A stretch of DNA of 64,000 nucleotides from an uncultured bacterium (GTDB lineage Bacteria; Krumholzibacteriota; Krumholzibacteriia; Krumholzibacteriales; Krumholzibacteriaceae), in NCBI GenBank assembly GCA_963786935.1, contig CAWBAN010000001.1, positions 1,184,001 to 1,248,000 of the forward strand. Reading direction: 5' to 3'. How positions within the stretch are numbered: position 1 is the stretch's first letter; each line of letters begins with the position of its first letter. Both the position numbers and the translations under genes were made by a program. Shown piece by piece: positions 8,912 to 19,617 of this stretch. The notes under the pieces were generated by a model. The model did no database searches. It was not told the DNA's origin and was given only the letters and a program-made list of their open reading frames with translations.

Positions 8912-11071
8912 TCATTCTCCGGCGATCTGCGCGAAATCGCAGAACAGCACAATGACTTTGTAACTAGCTGCCAGAAAAGCAATTCTGTTATTTCTTATTT
9001 TTTCATCTTCACAATTCACCAGCACGTCCTCGAAGAATTTATTCACATATGGCACAATCCCCTTCAACATGCCGATGGACTGCTGCACCTGTCCGGTTCG
9101 CTTGATCTCGAGGAGCTTCTTGCACACCCGGGACATCTCGTCGCAGAGATTCTTCTCCGCGTCGACGAGGAAAAGCGCCGGGGAAAATCCGAGCTCGGCC
9201 TCCCGCCCGGCGGAAAACGCCTCGAGCGCGGCCATGCCAGCGTCCTCCGTGAATCCCGCCCTGAGATCCTTCGGGATGATGTTCGTGACGCGCTTCATCG
9301 CGAGCACGAATGGGGAGAGCTCCCCCTCTTTCCGCAGCTTCGCGAGCTCCTCGGCCATGTCCTTGGCGGCGTGCGGATATTCCCACGGGGAGGCGAGAAC
9401 CGCCGTCGCGAGATCGTGATCGACGCCGTCCCCGCGGATGATCGCGTACAGCCGCTGGGCGTAGAATTCGCGGAGCCGCGCGACGATCGCGCCGCGGTCG
9501 CGCCCCCGTTCGTTCAGCGCCTCCGCGAACAGCCCGACGCTGCGGTCGAGCGCCTTTGGAAGCGAGAGTCCCGATCGCCGCGCGACGAGGATCCGCAGCA
9601 CGCCGATTGCGTGCCTGCGGAGCGCGTACGGATCCTGCGAGCCGGACGGCTCGAGCCCCATGCAGAAGCACCCCGAGATCGTGTCCATCTTGTCGGCGAG
9701 CGCCAGCATCGCGCTCGCCTCTCCCCGCGGCATGCGATCACCCGCGAACCGCGGGAGGTAGTGCTCGTAAACCGCCTCGGCGACCTCCTCGTCTTCCCCC
9801 GAGAGGCGGGCGTACTCGCGGCCGATGTAGCCCTGCAGCGCCGTGAATTCCTTGCCGTCCTTCACCATCTCGCTCGCGAGGTCCGCCTTCGCGAGGAGCG
9901 CGGCGCGCCGGATCGTTTTCTCGAGCCTCCCGTCCGCGATCCCCGCCTGCGAGGCGATCCACAGCGCGAACGCCTCCATCCGCGAAGCCTTCTCCGCAAG
10001 GCTCCCGAGCCCCTCGAGCCACACGATCGAGCCGAGCTTGCCCGCCATTTCCGCGAACGGACGCGCCGTGTCCTCCCGGTGGTAGAACACGGCGTCGTCG
10101 AGCCTCGCCCGGAGCACCCGCTCGTACCCCTTGACGATGCGGGGGCGGTTGCGGCGGCCGCCGTCGGCGAAGGCGACGAAATGCGGCAGGAGCTTCCCGT
10201 CGTCGCCCGCCACCGAAAAATAGCGCTGGTGGCTCTTGAGCGCCGTGACGATGACCTCCCGCGGGAGCGCGAGGAACTCCGCGTCGTAGCGTCCCGCCAT
10301 GGCGACCGGGGATTCGAGGAGGTTGGCGACGATGCCGACGAGATCCTCGTCCTCGACGAGCGAGCCCCCCTGCGCGCGGGCGCACGCGACCGCCGCCTCG
10401 CGAACGGCGTCGCGGCGCGCGGACTGATCGAGAACGATCCCGTTCTTTCGCATGATCGAGAAATAATCGAGCGGGGACTTCACCGGAACCGTCTTCTCGA
10501 AGAGCGGGCTCAGGCGCGTCCGCCGCCCGGCGGCGAGAGCGCCCAGCTTCACCCGCACGACGTCCGGGCCGAAGAGGCACAGGATCCAGCGGACCGGCCG
10601 GGCGAATCGCATGCCGCCCGAGGCCCATCGCATCGTTTTCGGTGAGCGGATCGCCAGGATCCACTCCGGCACGCGCTCCTTCATGATCGACGCCGTCGGC
10701 TTCCCCGTGATCTTCCGCGCGACGGCGAGGTACGCACCCTTCGGGGTCTCGACGCGCACGAGGGCGCTCGCCGGCACTCCCTGCGATTTGGCGAACCCTT
10801 CGGCGGCCTTCGTGTAGCTCCCGTCCGCGGCGACCGCGATCTTCACCGGGGGCCCCACGATCTTCTCTTCGGCGTTTTCCTGCTTCGCCGCGAGCCCCCG
10901 CGCGCGGATCACGATGCGCTTCGGCGTGCCCATGGCATCGATCCCGTCGCAGGGGATCCGTTCCGCCGCGATCCCCTCTTCGAAGAGCTTCCGCGCCTGT
11001 TCGATCATCTCGTCGAGGTAGCCGCTCGGCAGGTTCTCGCATCCGATCTCGAGGAGGAAATCCTTCTTCAC
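8912..11071 (-). CDS. glyS: Glycine--tRNA ligase beta subunit
   Basis: Start (V)[14 protein letters not shown] at GTG overlapping the glyQ stop; [28 protein letters not shown]. Confidence 0.95.
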   Translation of the reverse strand: MKKDFLLEIGCENLPSGYLDEMIEQARKLFEEGIAAERIPCDGIDAMGTPKRIVIRARGLAAKQENAEEKIVGPPVKIAVAADGSYTKAAEGFAKSQGVPASALVRVETPKGAYLAVARKITGKPTASIMKERVPEWILAIRSPKTMRWASGGMRFARPVRWILCLFGPDVVRVKLGALAAGRRTRLSPLFEKTVPVKSPLDYFSIMRKNGIVLDQSARRDAVREAAVACARAQGGSLVEDEDLVGIVANLLESPVAMAGRYDAEFLALPREVIVTALKSHQRYFSVAGDDGKLLPHFVAFADGGRRNRPRIVKGYERVLRARLDDAVFYHREDTARPFAEMAGKLGSIVWLEGLGSLAEKASRMEAFALWIASQAGIADGRLEKTIRRAALLAKADLASEMVKDGKEFTALQGYIGREYARLSGEDEEVAEAVYEHYLPRFAGDRMPRGEASAMLALADKMDTISGCFCMGLEPSGSQDPYALRRHAIGVLRILVARRSGLSLPKALDRSVGLFAEALNERGRDRGAIVARLREFYAQRLYAIIRGDGVDHDLATAVLASPWEYPHAAKDMAEELAKLRKEGELSPFVLAMKRVTNIIPKDLRAGFTEDAGMAALEAFSAGREAELGFSPALFLVDAEKNLCDEMSRVCKKLLEIKRTGQVQQSIGMLKGIVPYVNKFFEDVLVNCEDEKIRNNRIAFLAASYKVIVLFCDFAQIAGE

Positions 11072-11964
11072 GTCCGCTCCTTTGTGCCGGTGTGCGCGCG
11101 GGAGAGCAGCGGAAACCCGAGCCGCTCGCGGTCGGCGACGTAGGCTTCGGCCGTCTGACGCGCGATATCCCTGATGCGCGCGATGTAGCTCGTCCGCTCG
11201 GATACGCTCACCGCGCCGCGGGCATCGAGGATGTTGAACATATGCGAGCATTTCACGACGTAGTCGTATGCGGGGAGGATGAGCCCTTCGCCGAGCATGC
11301 GCTTCGCCTCCCCCTGCAGGCGGTCGAACATCTCGAAGTAGAGCGGCACGTCCGCCTTTTCGAAATTGAACGCGCTGAATTCCCGCTCCGACTCGCGATA
11401 CAGGTCCCCCCACGTCACGCCCCCTCCCCACTCGACGTCCATGATATCGTCGACCCCCTGCAGGTACATGCAGATGCGCTCGAGCCCGTACGTGATCTCC
11501 GCGGAGATCGGATCGAGCTCCATCCCGCCCGCCTGCTGGAAGTACGTGAACTGCGTGATCTCCATCCCGTCGAGCCAGACCTCCCACCCGAGCCCCGCCG
11601 CGCCGAGCGTCGGCGACTCCCAGTCGTCCTCGACGAGCCGGATGTCGTGCGCCGCCGGATCGATCCCGATCGCGGTGAGACTCCTGATGTAGAGCGGCAG
11701 CACGTTCTCGGGGGCGGGCTTGAGAATGACCTGGTACTGGTTGAACTGCTGGACGCGGTTCGGATTCTCGGCGTAGCGCCCGTCCTTGGGGCGCTTCGTC
11801 GGCTCGATGTACGCGGCCCGCCACGGCTCGGGCCCGAGCACCCGAAGGAACGTCGCCGGATTCATCGTGCCGGCGCCGACCTCCGAGTTGTACGACGTCA
11901 GCAGCAGGCACCGCTGGCCGGACCAGAAGCGCTCCAACGCGGAAACGACGTCTTGAAAGGTCAC
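11068..11964 (-). CDS. glyQ: Glycine--tRNA ligase alpha subunit
   Basis: [59 protein letters not shown] overlaps the recO stop. Confidence 0.97.
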   Translation of the reverse strand: MTFQDVVSALERFWSGQRCLLLTSYNSEVGAGTMNPATFLRVLGPEPWRAAYIEPTKRPKDGRYAENPNRVQQFNQYQVILKPAPENVLPLYIRSLTAIGIDPAAHDIRLVEDDWESPTLGAAGLGWEVWLDGMEITQFTYFQQAGGMELDPISAEITYGLERICMYLQGVDDIMDVEWGGGVTWGDLYRESEREFSAFNFEKADVPLYFEMFDRLQGEAKRMLGEGLILPAYDYVVKCSHMFNILDARGAVSVSERTSYIARIRDIARQTAEAYVADRERLGFPLLSRAHTGTKERT

Positions 11965-12725
11965 TGGCCGTTCACCCCCTTGCAGAGACGCAGCGAATGC
12001 GGAAGCCGATAGCCTTCCACGTGACTGACGAAGAGACGGTGGATGATCTCGCCGATTTCCCGCCGCTCGCCCCGGTCCATGCGCGCGCCGCGGACGCCCT
12101 CGAGCCCGAGCGCGTCCATCCGGCGGATGAGCGCCGAGGCGCCGCCCGAGAGCGAGCGCCCCTTCGGGCCGCCGCACGCGGGGCAGCACACGAGGCCGCT
12201 CGCCGCCTCGATCGAAAGCGCCGCGTTTTCGAGCGGGGCGGCGCACCGCGAGCACGACGCCGTCGAAGGGAACGAACCGGCGAGCTTCAGCACATCGATC
12301 TCGAGCGCGTAGAAAAGCGCCCACGGATCGGAGGCCGCGGGAAGCAGCCGCATGTACCGCTCGATGAGGTCGAAGATGCGCTCGTCGGCCGAGCGATCGA
12401 AGACCGAGCGGTCCACGATCTCGAGCCCCGCCTGAAAGAGGCAGAGCCGCTCGAGATCGCCGGCGCCGGCGTCGAACGATTCCACGGTCCCCATTTCCTT
12501 GAGCAGCTGCAAACCGCGCTCCTGTCGAAAATAAAAAACGATCTCCGAGACGTTTCCGGTCCGCAGGCTCCCCTGGAGGGCGCTCCGCGAACTCCTCGCA
12601 CCCTTCGCGAGCAGCCGCAGTTTTCCGTGCGATCGCGTGAGAACCACGGCGACGGCGCTCGATTCCCCGTAGGGGTACGTCCGCAGGACGATCGAGCGGT
12701 CCTTGATGATTTCGCTCACCGGCAC
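11961..12725 (-). CDS. recO: DNA repair protein RecO
   Basis: [11 protein letters not shown]...[12 protein letters not shown]-terminus; CxxC...CxxC zinc finger; synteny with glyQS. Confidence 0.9.
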   Translation of the reverse strand: MPVSEIIKDRSIVLRTYPYGESSAVAVVLTRSHGKLRLLAKGARSSRSALQGSLRTGNVSEIVFYFRQERGLQLLKEMGTVESFDAGAGDLERLCLFQAGLEIVDRSVFDRSADERIFDLIERYMRLLPAASDPWALFYALEIDVLKLAGSFPSTASCSRCAAPLENAALSIEAASGLVCCPACGGPKGRSLSGGASALIRRMDALGLEGVRGARMDRGERREIGEIIHRLFVSHVEGYRLPHSLRLCKGVNGQ

Positions 12726-12738
12726 TCCACCGCCGCCG

Positions 12739-13395
12739 TCAGGCGCTCGCGCCGGCGTCGGGCGCCGCGGCGTGGCGGTGCCCCGGCGGAACGACGGCGC
12801 CGCCCGAGATGACCATCTTCATCGCGTCCTCGACCGAGAGCTCGGACGGGAGCGCCTCGTCGCGGCGCACCATGATGAAGAGGCCCGAGGTCGGGTTCGG
12901 CGTCGTCGGCAGGAAGATCGTTACGAAGTCCCGCTCCGCCCCGTCAGCTCCCCGGAAACGCCACGTCGACGTCACGAAGCCGATGACGTACACCCCGGGA
13001 CGCGGGTACTGCACGAGCACGACCTCCTTGAAGACGGTCCGCTCCTGCTTGAGGAACACCTCGCTGACCTGCTTGATCGCGACGTAGATGCTGCGCACCA
13101 TGGGGATCTTCTCCAATCCCCCCTCCACCCATCTGAACAGCGTCCTGCCGAAAAAGCCGCCGCCGACGACGCCGGCGAGGAGAATGATCACGATGACGCC
13201 GATGAAGCCGAGGCCGGGGATATCGAGGTACGGATGACGGACGGTGATGGGCGCCAGGATGCCGTCGACCCACCGGAAGATGCGGTAAAGGACGTACACG
13301 GTGAGCACGGTCGGCATGAGCACGAGGAGCCCCGTGAGGAAGCTCCGCTTGAACCACCGGACGAGCGAATGGTTTGTCAATCTTCGGGCAACCAT
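12739..13395 (-). CDS. DUF502 membrane protein (start may be TTG at 13380)
   Basis: FLTGLLVLMP, IPMVRSIY, VQYPRPG, FLPTTPNPTSG, SVEDAMKMVISGG. Confidence 0.85.
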   Translation of the reverse strand: MVARRLTNHSLVRWFKRSFLTGLLVLMPTVLTVYVLYRIFRWVDGILAPITVRHPYLDIPGLGFIGVIVIILLAGVVGGGFFGRTLFRWVEGGLEKIPMVRSIYVAIKQVSEVFLKQERTVFKEVVLVQYPRPGVYVIGFVTSTWRFRGADGAERDFVTIFLPTTPNPTSGLFIMVRRDEALPSELSVEDAMKMVISGGAVVPPGHRHAAAPDAGASA

Positions 13396-14609
13396 ACGAT
13401 GACCTCGATGATCCGCTGTCCCGCGAGCCTGCCGATCTTGAAGCGCGCGCCCCCGAATTCGACTTCCTCCCCTTCCTCCGGCACGCGGCCTATCAAGTTA
13501 TAGAGAAATCCCCCGAGCGTGTCAACCTCGTCCGACGGCAGGGAAAGGGAGAGCGCCGCGTTCAGCGCGTCGATCCCGACCGATCCCGCGGCGACGTACT
13601 GGCGCGCCCCGGTCTGCCGCACCGGCGGGAGCTCGTGGTCGTACTCGTCGAGGATCTCGCCGACGATCTCTTCGAGGACGTCCTCCAGGGTCACGATCCC
13701 CGACGTTCCGCCGTACTCGTCGACGACGACGGCCATGTGCTTCTTGCCGCGCTGGAATTCGCGCAGGAGGTCGTCGAGCTTCTTGCCCTCGGGAAGGAAG
13801 AAGGCGTCGCGCACGAGCCACCCGCGGTCGAGCCGGAACGGCTCGTCGGGCGGGATCTTGAGGAGGTCCTTCACGTACAGGATGCCGACGATCCGATCGA
13901 TGCTCCCGTCATACACGGGGACGCGGGAATGCCCGGCGCTCGAGACCTTCTCCCTGATCTCTCCCGGCGGCGTGTGGATATCGAGCGCGAAGATATCGAT
14001 CCGCGGGACCATGATCTCGCGCGCCTTCTTCACGCCGAATTCCTGAACGCTGCGGATCAGCTTCGAGCCCTTGTCTCCGATGAAACCGTCGGCCGCGGGA
14101 CCCTCGGCGCCGGGGAAGAGGAAGAAGGGGCTCGCCATTTCGCGCGGGAGGTCCGGAAACACGAGCCCGACGACGAGCAGGAAGAGGCGCACGAACGGGC
14201 GCAGAACGAGATACACGGGGAGCAGCGGGTACGACGACGCGAGCGCGAACCGGACGGGATTCATCGACGCGGCGCCGAAGCCGGCGATCGCGACGGCCGC
14301 CAGCCCCGCCGCCGCGCCGAGCATGGGGACGATCGCGTGCCGCGGTCCCGGCGGCCCGCCGAGGGCGCCGTGGATGACGATCGCGGCGAAGCACAGGATG
14401 ATCGCCTCGACGCCGAGGAGCGAGAGCATGAAATGGAACCGTCCCCGATGCAAGAAACGGGGGCACGCCGCTCCCCGCATCGAGCGCGGGAACGCCTTGT
14501 CCACGTGGAGCCGCGACACGATCCCGAACGAGGCGAAGCCGCCGGCGACGAGGAATTGCGCCGCCAGCAGCAGCGCGATGAGCACCGCGTTTCCGGTTCC
14601 CGCGATCAT
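13377..14609 (-). CDS. HlyC/CorC family CNNM-CBS domain membrane protein
   Basis: N-terminal TM segments; EIMVPR, HSRVPVY, VVDEYGGTSGIVTLEDVLEEIVGEI; CorC tail DTLGG. Confidence 0.9.
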   Translation of the reverse strand: MIAGTGNAVLIALLLAAQFLVAGGFASFGIVSRLHVDKAFPRSMRGAACPRFLHRGRFHFMLSLLGVEAIILCFAAIVIHGALGGPPGPRHAIVPMLGAAAGLAAVAIAGFGAASMNPVRFALASSYPLLPVYLVLRPFVRLFLLVVGLVFPDLPREMASPFFLFPGAEGPAADGFIGDKGSKLIRSVQEFGVKKAREIMVPRIDIFALDIHTPPGEIREKVSSAGHSRVPVYDGSIDRIVGILYVKDLLKIPPDEPFRLDRGWLVRDAFFLPEGKKLDDLLREFQRGKKHMAVVVDEYGGTSGIVTLEDVLEEIVGEILDEYDHELPPVRQTGARQYVAAGSVGIDALNAALSLSLPSDEVDTLGGFLYNLIGRVPEEGEEVEFGGARFKIGRLAGQRIIEVIVWLPED

Positions 14610-14646
14610 AACGGATCCGCTCCGCGCGGCGGGGAACAGCCCCCGG

Positions 14647-15107
14647 TCACGCGAAGAGACGCTTCACCTCCCGCTCGGAGCAGTGCCGCCTGAGGCATCG
14701 CGCCTCGGCCGCCTCCATCCTGCGGGCGCTCGACGGGTCGTCGTGCCGGTGGCCCCGCAGGTGCATGATCCCGTGCACGACGAGCCGCGCGCCGTACGAG
14801 CGCGGAGACACGCCGCGCAGCCGCGCGCCCCGGACGAGCCGCGGCCAGCACAGAACAATCTCGCCGAGGAGCCCTTCCCCCCGGGATCGGGAGCGCCCGC
14901 GCACGGAAAGGTGAGGATCTCCGCCGCTCCGCGCCGTTTCTTGTACACGCGATTCAGACGCGCCATCGTCCGTTCGCCGATCCAGACCACGCCGACGAGG
15001 CCGTCCCGCGGCGCCACCCGCGCCGCGACGGCGCGGAGCGCCGGCGAGAGCCTCGCCCGCTCCGCCCGGGCCCCGAGGCGCGCGCTCCCTGCGATCTCGA
15101 GCCTCAC
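14647..15107 (-). pseudogene. ybeY: rRNA maturation endoribonuclease YbeY, split by a frameshift at a G6 run (14877-14882); real lesion or assembly error
   Basis: N-half (MARLNRVYKKRRGAAEILTFP) and C-half (GEIVLC...LVVHGIMHLRGHRH) are in different frames; one extra G joins them into 153 aa; GTG overlaps the upstream stop. Confidence 0.85.
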
Positions 15108-17341
15108 CGGACGAGCCCCTCCTCGTTCTGGGACGGATACGGAATCCTCGAATGAAACACGCCGGTGAGCAGCTGGATGAACTTCTCGCGCACCACGGCG
15201 ATGTCGTTGAGGGTCAGCCCGCTGTCGTCGAGCTCGCCGTCGCTCGCCCGGGCTTCGATGATCTTGGTCACGATCGCCCGTATCTTCGGCGCCGTGGCGC
15301 CATCGAGGGAGCGCACCGCCGCCTCGGCCGAGTCGGCCAGCATGATGAGCGCCGTCTCCTTCGATCTCGGCCGCGGGCCCGGGTAGCGGAAGTCGTCGGC
15401 GTTGACGCTGTCGTGCGAATCGTATTCGAGCGCTTTCCGGTAGAAATAGGCCATGATCGTCGTTCCGTGATGCTCGCCGATCGCGTCGATGACGATGCGG
15501 GGGAGCTTCTCGCGCTTCGCGAGCTCGATCCCCTCTTTCGTGTGGGAGGCGAGGATCAGCGCGCTCATGCGGGGGGTGAGCTTCTCGTGCTTGTTGATGT
15601 TGTCCCCCTTGTTCTCGAAAAAGTACTCCGGCTTGGCGAGCTTGCCGATATCGTGGTAGTAGGCGCCGACCCGGGCCTGCAGGCCGTTCGCGCCGACGCC
15701 CCGGGCGACCGCCTCGACGAGATTGCCGACCATGAGGGAATGGTGATACGTGCCCGGCGCCTCGATGACGAGACGCCTGAAGAGCGGCCGGTTGAGATCG
15801 CTCAGCTCCATGAGGGTAAAATCGGTCGTCACGTCGAAGAGGGCCTCGAAGATGGGAAGGAGAAACATAACCATGATCGTGCATGCCAGCCCGTTGCCGA
15901 CGCCGAAGAGCGACGCGCGCCCGATCGCCGGCGGCGACATCCCCTCGGAGAATCCGAAGCCCGCGATGCCGACGACGTACGCGGCGGAGACGCTCAGCAG
16001 AATCGTGTAGAACTTCTTCCGCTCCCGCAGCTGCGCGATGCTGATGATTCCCGCCGCTCCCGCCATGAGCGACACGAAGGCGTAGCTCGCCGGCAGATTC
16101 GTATGCGTGATGATGACGAGGGACGCGAAGATCGTGAACAGGACGGCGGCCTGAATGCCGAAGAACGCGGTGCAGACGAGCGAGACGAACGGGACGGGGA
16201 TCAGCCACGGGTCAAGCGCGGGCAGCTTCATGACGAGCGCCGTCAGAACGAGATACAGCGACAGAACGATGAAGACGAGCGTGAGCGTGCCGGGGGCGGC
16301 GATGATTCCCGGCTGGAACCGGCGGAGCGCGAGGCTCAGGAGCGCCAGGAGCGCGAGCACCCGCAGGCCCGTGCCGAACAGGAGCGCCATCCGCGCGCCG
16401 AGCGCGTCGGCGAGATCCATCGAAACCCGCTTCTCCTCCATTTTCTCGAGGATGTCGATCTGCGCGCGCGTCACCCTGTCGTGCTTGGCGACGATCCGCT
16501 CGTTCTTCGCGACGGTGAAGGATCGCGCCACGCCCCGCGTCGCCTCGTCGCGGCGCTTTCTCGTCTCCTGCGCGTCGTAGACGAGATTGGGGGCGAGATG
16601 CGACCGGACGATCGCATGAAAGAGCCGCATCGCTTTCTCGTTGCCGGGGAACAGATCGCGCGCTTCGGCGGTGACGAGCTGCTCGAGATCGCTCTGCGAG
16701 ATGAGCGACTGCGCCGATACGAGCGATTCGTCCCCCTCGGCGACGACCGAGACCCTCGCGTAGTCGCGCTGCTTGAGCGCCGAGGCGTCGTTGACGATCC
16801 CCCGCCCGAGGCACCGGTTCTGGAGCCTGAGGGCTTCCCGGCGCATGCGCTCCCTGATTCCCGCGTCGGCCAGGAGCTCGATCGACTCGCGCCGGAGCTC
16901 GGGAGCGATCTCCTTCATCCGATTCACGCGGTCACGCACGGAGACGCCGCTCGCGCCGGCGACGGCGCCGATCCTTTCGAACAGGCTCGCCAGATCGCCG
17001 GGCAGGTGGCTCGCCGGCCCGTCGTCGCGGAGAAAGACGGGAGGCACCGAGACGGCTGCGCGCGCGCGGGCGAGTTCGAGCTCGTGATCGTTCAGCGGGA
17101 CGACGAACGAGAAGGGGGCGACGATATCGATATCGGCGATGCTCCCCTCCTCGAACCGGACCGACTTCTTCTTCTGCGCGGGAGGGAAGAGCGCGAGCGA
17201 GAGGACGAGGAGCGCGGCGAGGTAGATGAGCGGCAGCCGCATCCACTTCTCGAATCGGGGGAAGGGCAGCCTGAACGCGCGAGCCGATTCGAGGTCCGGT
17301 CCGTCCCCCGCGCCGGCCCCATTCGCGGATCGGTTACTCAT
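15104..17341 (-). CDS. 7TM-HD phosphohydrolase (PgpH/YqfF-like, putative c-di-AMP phosphodiesterase)
   Basis: Extracellular domain, TM cluster, EAPGTYHHS, YYHDIGK, EHHGT, FRYPGPRP, MLADSAEAA. Confidence 0.9.
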   Translation of the reverse strand: MSNRSANGAGAGDGPDLESARAFRLPFPRFEKWMRLPLIYLAALLVLSLALFPPAQKKKSVRFEEGSIADIDIVAPFSFVVPLNDHELELARARAAVSVPPVFLRDDGPASHLPGDLASLFERIGAVAGASGVSVRDRVNRMKEIAPELRRESIELLADAGIRERMRREALRLQNRCLGRGIVNDASALKQRDYARVSVVAEGDESLVSAQSLISQSDLEQLVTAEARDLFPGNEKAMRLFHAIVRSHLAPNLVYDAQETRKRRDEATRGVARSFTVAKNERIVAKHDRVTRAQIDILEKMEEKRVSMDLADALGARMALLFGTGLRVLALLALLSLALRRFQPGIIAAPGTLTLVFIVLSLYLVLTALVMKLPALDPWLIPVPFVSLVCTAFFGIQAAVLFTIFASLVIITHTNLPASYAFVSLMAGAAGIISIAQLRERKKFYTILLSVSAAYVVGIAGFGFSEGMSPPAIGRASLFGVGNGLACTIMVMFLLPIFEALFDVTTDFTLMELSDLNRPLFRRLVIEAPGTYHHSLMVGNLVEAVARGVGANGLQARVGAYYHDIGKLAKPEYFFENKGDNINKHEKLTPRMSALILASHTKEGIELAKREKLPRIVIDAIGEHHGTTIMAYFYRKALEYDSHDSVNADDFRYPGPRPRSKETALIMLADSAEAAVRSLDGATAPKIRAIVTKIIEARASDGELDDSGLTLNDIAVVREKFIQLLTGVFHSRIPYPSQNEEGLVR

Positions 17342-18389
17342 CGGTTTTCTCCGGCGGCGGATCGGCGCTTCCCCCCCGCTCCACGGCCGGCTCCGGCGCC
17401 GGGGAGAGGCGGCCGGCCTTCTCCGCGAGGGCGGCGCTCTTCACGGTGAACGCGCGGATGATGCGCCTGACGAGCCAGTGCCGGACCACGTCCTCCTCCC
17501 CGAACGTCACGAACGCGATCCCCTCGACGTCCCCGAGGATCTCGCGGGCGGCGACGAGCCCCGATTGCGCCGGATCCGCGAGATCGATCTGCGTCACGTC
17601 GCCGGTCACGATCGCCTTCGAGCTCTCGCCGAGCCTCGTGAGGAACATCTTCATCTGTCCGATCGTGCAGTTCTGCGCCTCGTCGAGAATCGCGAACGAT
17701 CCGTTGAGCGTCCGCCCGCGCATGTACGCCAGCGGCGCGATTTCGAGCGTTCCCGCCTCGATCAGCTTCATCACCCGCTCCTGGCCGATCATGTCCCGGA
17801 AGGCGTCGAAGATCGGGCGAAGGTACGGCTCGATCTTTTCCTGCATGTCCCCCGGCAGGAATCCGAGATTCTCGCCCGCCTCGACGACGGGGCGCGAGAT
17901 GAAAATACGTTCGATCTCGCCGTTCTTCAGCGCCGCGAGCGCGCAGGCGATGGCGAGGTACGTCTTCCCCGTTCCGGCGGGACCGATCGCGAACACGACG
18001 TCATGGCCGCGAATCGCTTCGACGTACTCCTTCTGCCGCGCGCTCCGCGGAACGACGCCCCGCCGTTTCACGGGCGAATAATACACGAGCGCGTCGTCGA
18101 GGTCGCCCGGCTTCTCCGCCTCGACCCTGCCTCCCCGGATCGCGGCGAGAACGTCCCCTTCGGAGACGCTCCGCCCGGAGCCGGCGATCTCGATCAGCTT
18201 CTCGATGACGCGCGTGAGACGCTCGACGGTCCGCGGAGGGCCCGCGATGATGATCTCGTCGCCGCGCACGACCACCTTTTCGTCGAAGTGCTCCTCGATG
18301 AGCCGCAGGGTCCGATCCTCGACGCCGAGCAGCCTGATCGGATCGATGCCGGCGATCGACACAATCCGCCTCTTGAAATCCCGTTTCAT
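17334..18389 (-). CDS. phoH: PhoH-family ATPase
   Basis: GPAGTGKTYLA, RPVVEAGENLGFLPGD, PLAYMRGRT, LDEAQN, TGDVTQIDL. Confidence 0.95.
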   Translation of the reverse strand: MKRDFKRRIVSIAGIDPIRLLGVEDRTLRLIEEHFDEKVVVRGDEIIIAGPPRTVERLTRVIEKLIEIAGSGRSVSEGDVLAAIRGGRVEAEKPGDLDDALVYYSPVKRRGVVPRSARQKEYVEAIRGHDVVFAIGPAGTGKTYLAIACALAALKNGEIERIFISRPVVEAGENLGFLPGDMQEKIEPYLRPIFDAFRDMIGQERVMKLIEAGTLEIAPLAYMRGRTLNGSFAILDEAQNCTIGQMKMFLTRLGESSKAIVTGDVTQIDLADPAQSGLVAAREILGDVEGIAFVTFGEEDVVRHWLVRRIIRAFTVKSAALAEKAGRLSPAPEPAVERGGSADPPPEKTDE

Positions 18390-18471
18390 TGTACCCCCGA
18401 AACGCAGAACTCTTGGCTTCCCGCGGGGGAAGCCAAGAGTTCACGAATCAACGCTCATTGCGAGCATGCGT

Positions 18472-19182
18472 TCACTGAATGGTATCCTGCCTCGGGATCA
18501 CGAGCTCCTGATTCGGGAAGATGAGATCCGGATCCTTGATTCTGCCCTTATTCGCTTCGTAGATGAGAGTCCATTTCCGGTAATCGCCGTAGATCTCCCA
18601 GTACCCGGCGATCTTCCCGAGCCACTCGTCATTGTTGACCCGATACGCGTAGGGATACTCGCGCGGGATCGCGAGCTCCCATCCGGCGAGCACCCAGTCG
18701 GGATCCTCGATGAGCTGCTTGTTTCCCCGCCAGATGCGCGGCCACTTGAGCGGATCCTTGTAGATCTCTTCCCGGGACGCGAGCGTCCAGAGGCATTCCC
18801 CGTACTGGAGCTTCCAGCTCTTCGGGAGCTGGGAGAGCGTCTGAAGCTGCATCGTGAGCTCGTCGATTTCCGCCGTGTACGACGCGTACGCCCGCTCGGC
18901 GTCACGGAGCTCCCTCGTAAGGACCTTGATCCGTTCCTTGTTGGCGGTGAGCTCGGACTCCGACTTCTTGGCCCGCTCGTTGAGCGCCTGAAGCTCGGCC
19001 GCGAGGGCCTTGCAGTACGCTTCCCGGTCTTTTTTCGAGAGCTTCTTGTATTCGACGTCTTCGTAATATTCGCCCTTCGCGACATCGACGGGTCTCGCTT
19101 TGTAGCCTCCGCAGCCGGCGGCGAGAGCGAGGACCATTCCGGCGGCGAGCATGAACCCTGTTTTCCTAGTCACCTTAGTCAT
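18472..19182 (-). CDS. Lipoprotein with coiled coil and two LysM-like repeats
   Basis: Lipobox AAG-C; GECLWTLA...IYKDPLKWPRIWRGNK...DPDWV and WLGKIA...IYGDYRKWTLIYEANK...DPDLIFPNQELVIP. Confidence 0.85.
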   Translation of the reverse strand: MTKVTRKTGFMLAAGMVLALAAGCGGYKARPVDVAKGEYYEDVEYKKLSKKDREAYCKALAAELQALNERAKKSESELTANKERIKVLTRELRDAERAYASYTAEIDELTMQLQTLSQLPKSWKLQYGECLWTLASREEIYKDPLKWPRIWRGNKQLIEDPDWVLAGWELAIPREYPYAYRVNNDEWLGKIAGYWEIYGDYRKWTLIYEANKGRIKDPDLIFPNQELVIPRQDTIQ

Positions 19183-19208
19183 TGTACGCTCCTTGCAGGG
19201 CTTGCCTG

Positions 19209-19496
19209 CTACTCCCTTCCGCTCCCTTTCTTGAGATCGTTAACCTTCTTCTGCAGATCCGCCGGTTTATCCTTCACCTGTTCGATTTCGGCTTTCTTCG
19301 TTTCGAGCTTCTTCTCGAGGTCGGCGACGTTCTTCGCCGTTTCGGCCGCCTCCTGCTCGTACGTCTCGGCGTCGAGCCGCGTCTCATCGAGCGTCACGAG
19401 ACTCGTCTGGCACGGCGCCGTTCCACCGCACCCGGCCGACAGGAACGCTGCCGCGAGGAGGAGAAACGGCACTACCACCATCCCGCGAAATTTCAT
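19209..19496 (-). CDS. Small coiled-coil lipoprotein
   Basis: 95 aa; AAGGAGG RBS; lipobox SAG-C; charged helical body. Confidence 0.8.
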   Translation of the reverse strand: MKFRGMVVVPFLLLAAAFLSAGCGGTAPCQTSLVTLDETRLDAETYEQEAAETAKNVADLEKKLETKKAEIEQVKDKPADLQKKVNDLKKGSGRE

Positions 19497-19617
19497 AACT
19501 CGAATCCCTCCTTATGCTTATAAGAAATATTGGCTTCTTCTTACGTTAATAATGCTCTTGCCCAAAGTCAAGGAAAAAGCCCACAAAAAATCGAGAGCGC
19601 CGCGCGCGGCGCGGGAT

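Noticed and set aside
8912..9070. AT-rich 3' end of glyS as foreign DNA
   Set aside because: The protein tail is normal GlyS (FFEDVLVN...IRNNRIAFL); the AT richness fits its position upstream of a strong promoter
11072..11911. N-terminal extensions in the ORF track for glyS, glyQ, hisS, the PhnD-like gene, ybbR, the NtrX-like gene, rlmN, ftsB and ktrB
   Set aside because: They overlap upstream genes in other frames; family motifs, RBSs and stop/start overlaps place the starts downstream
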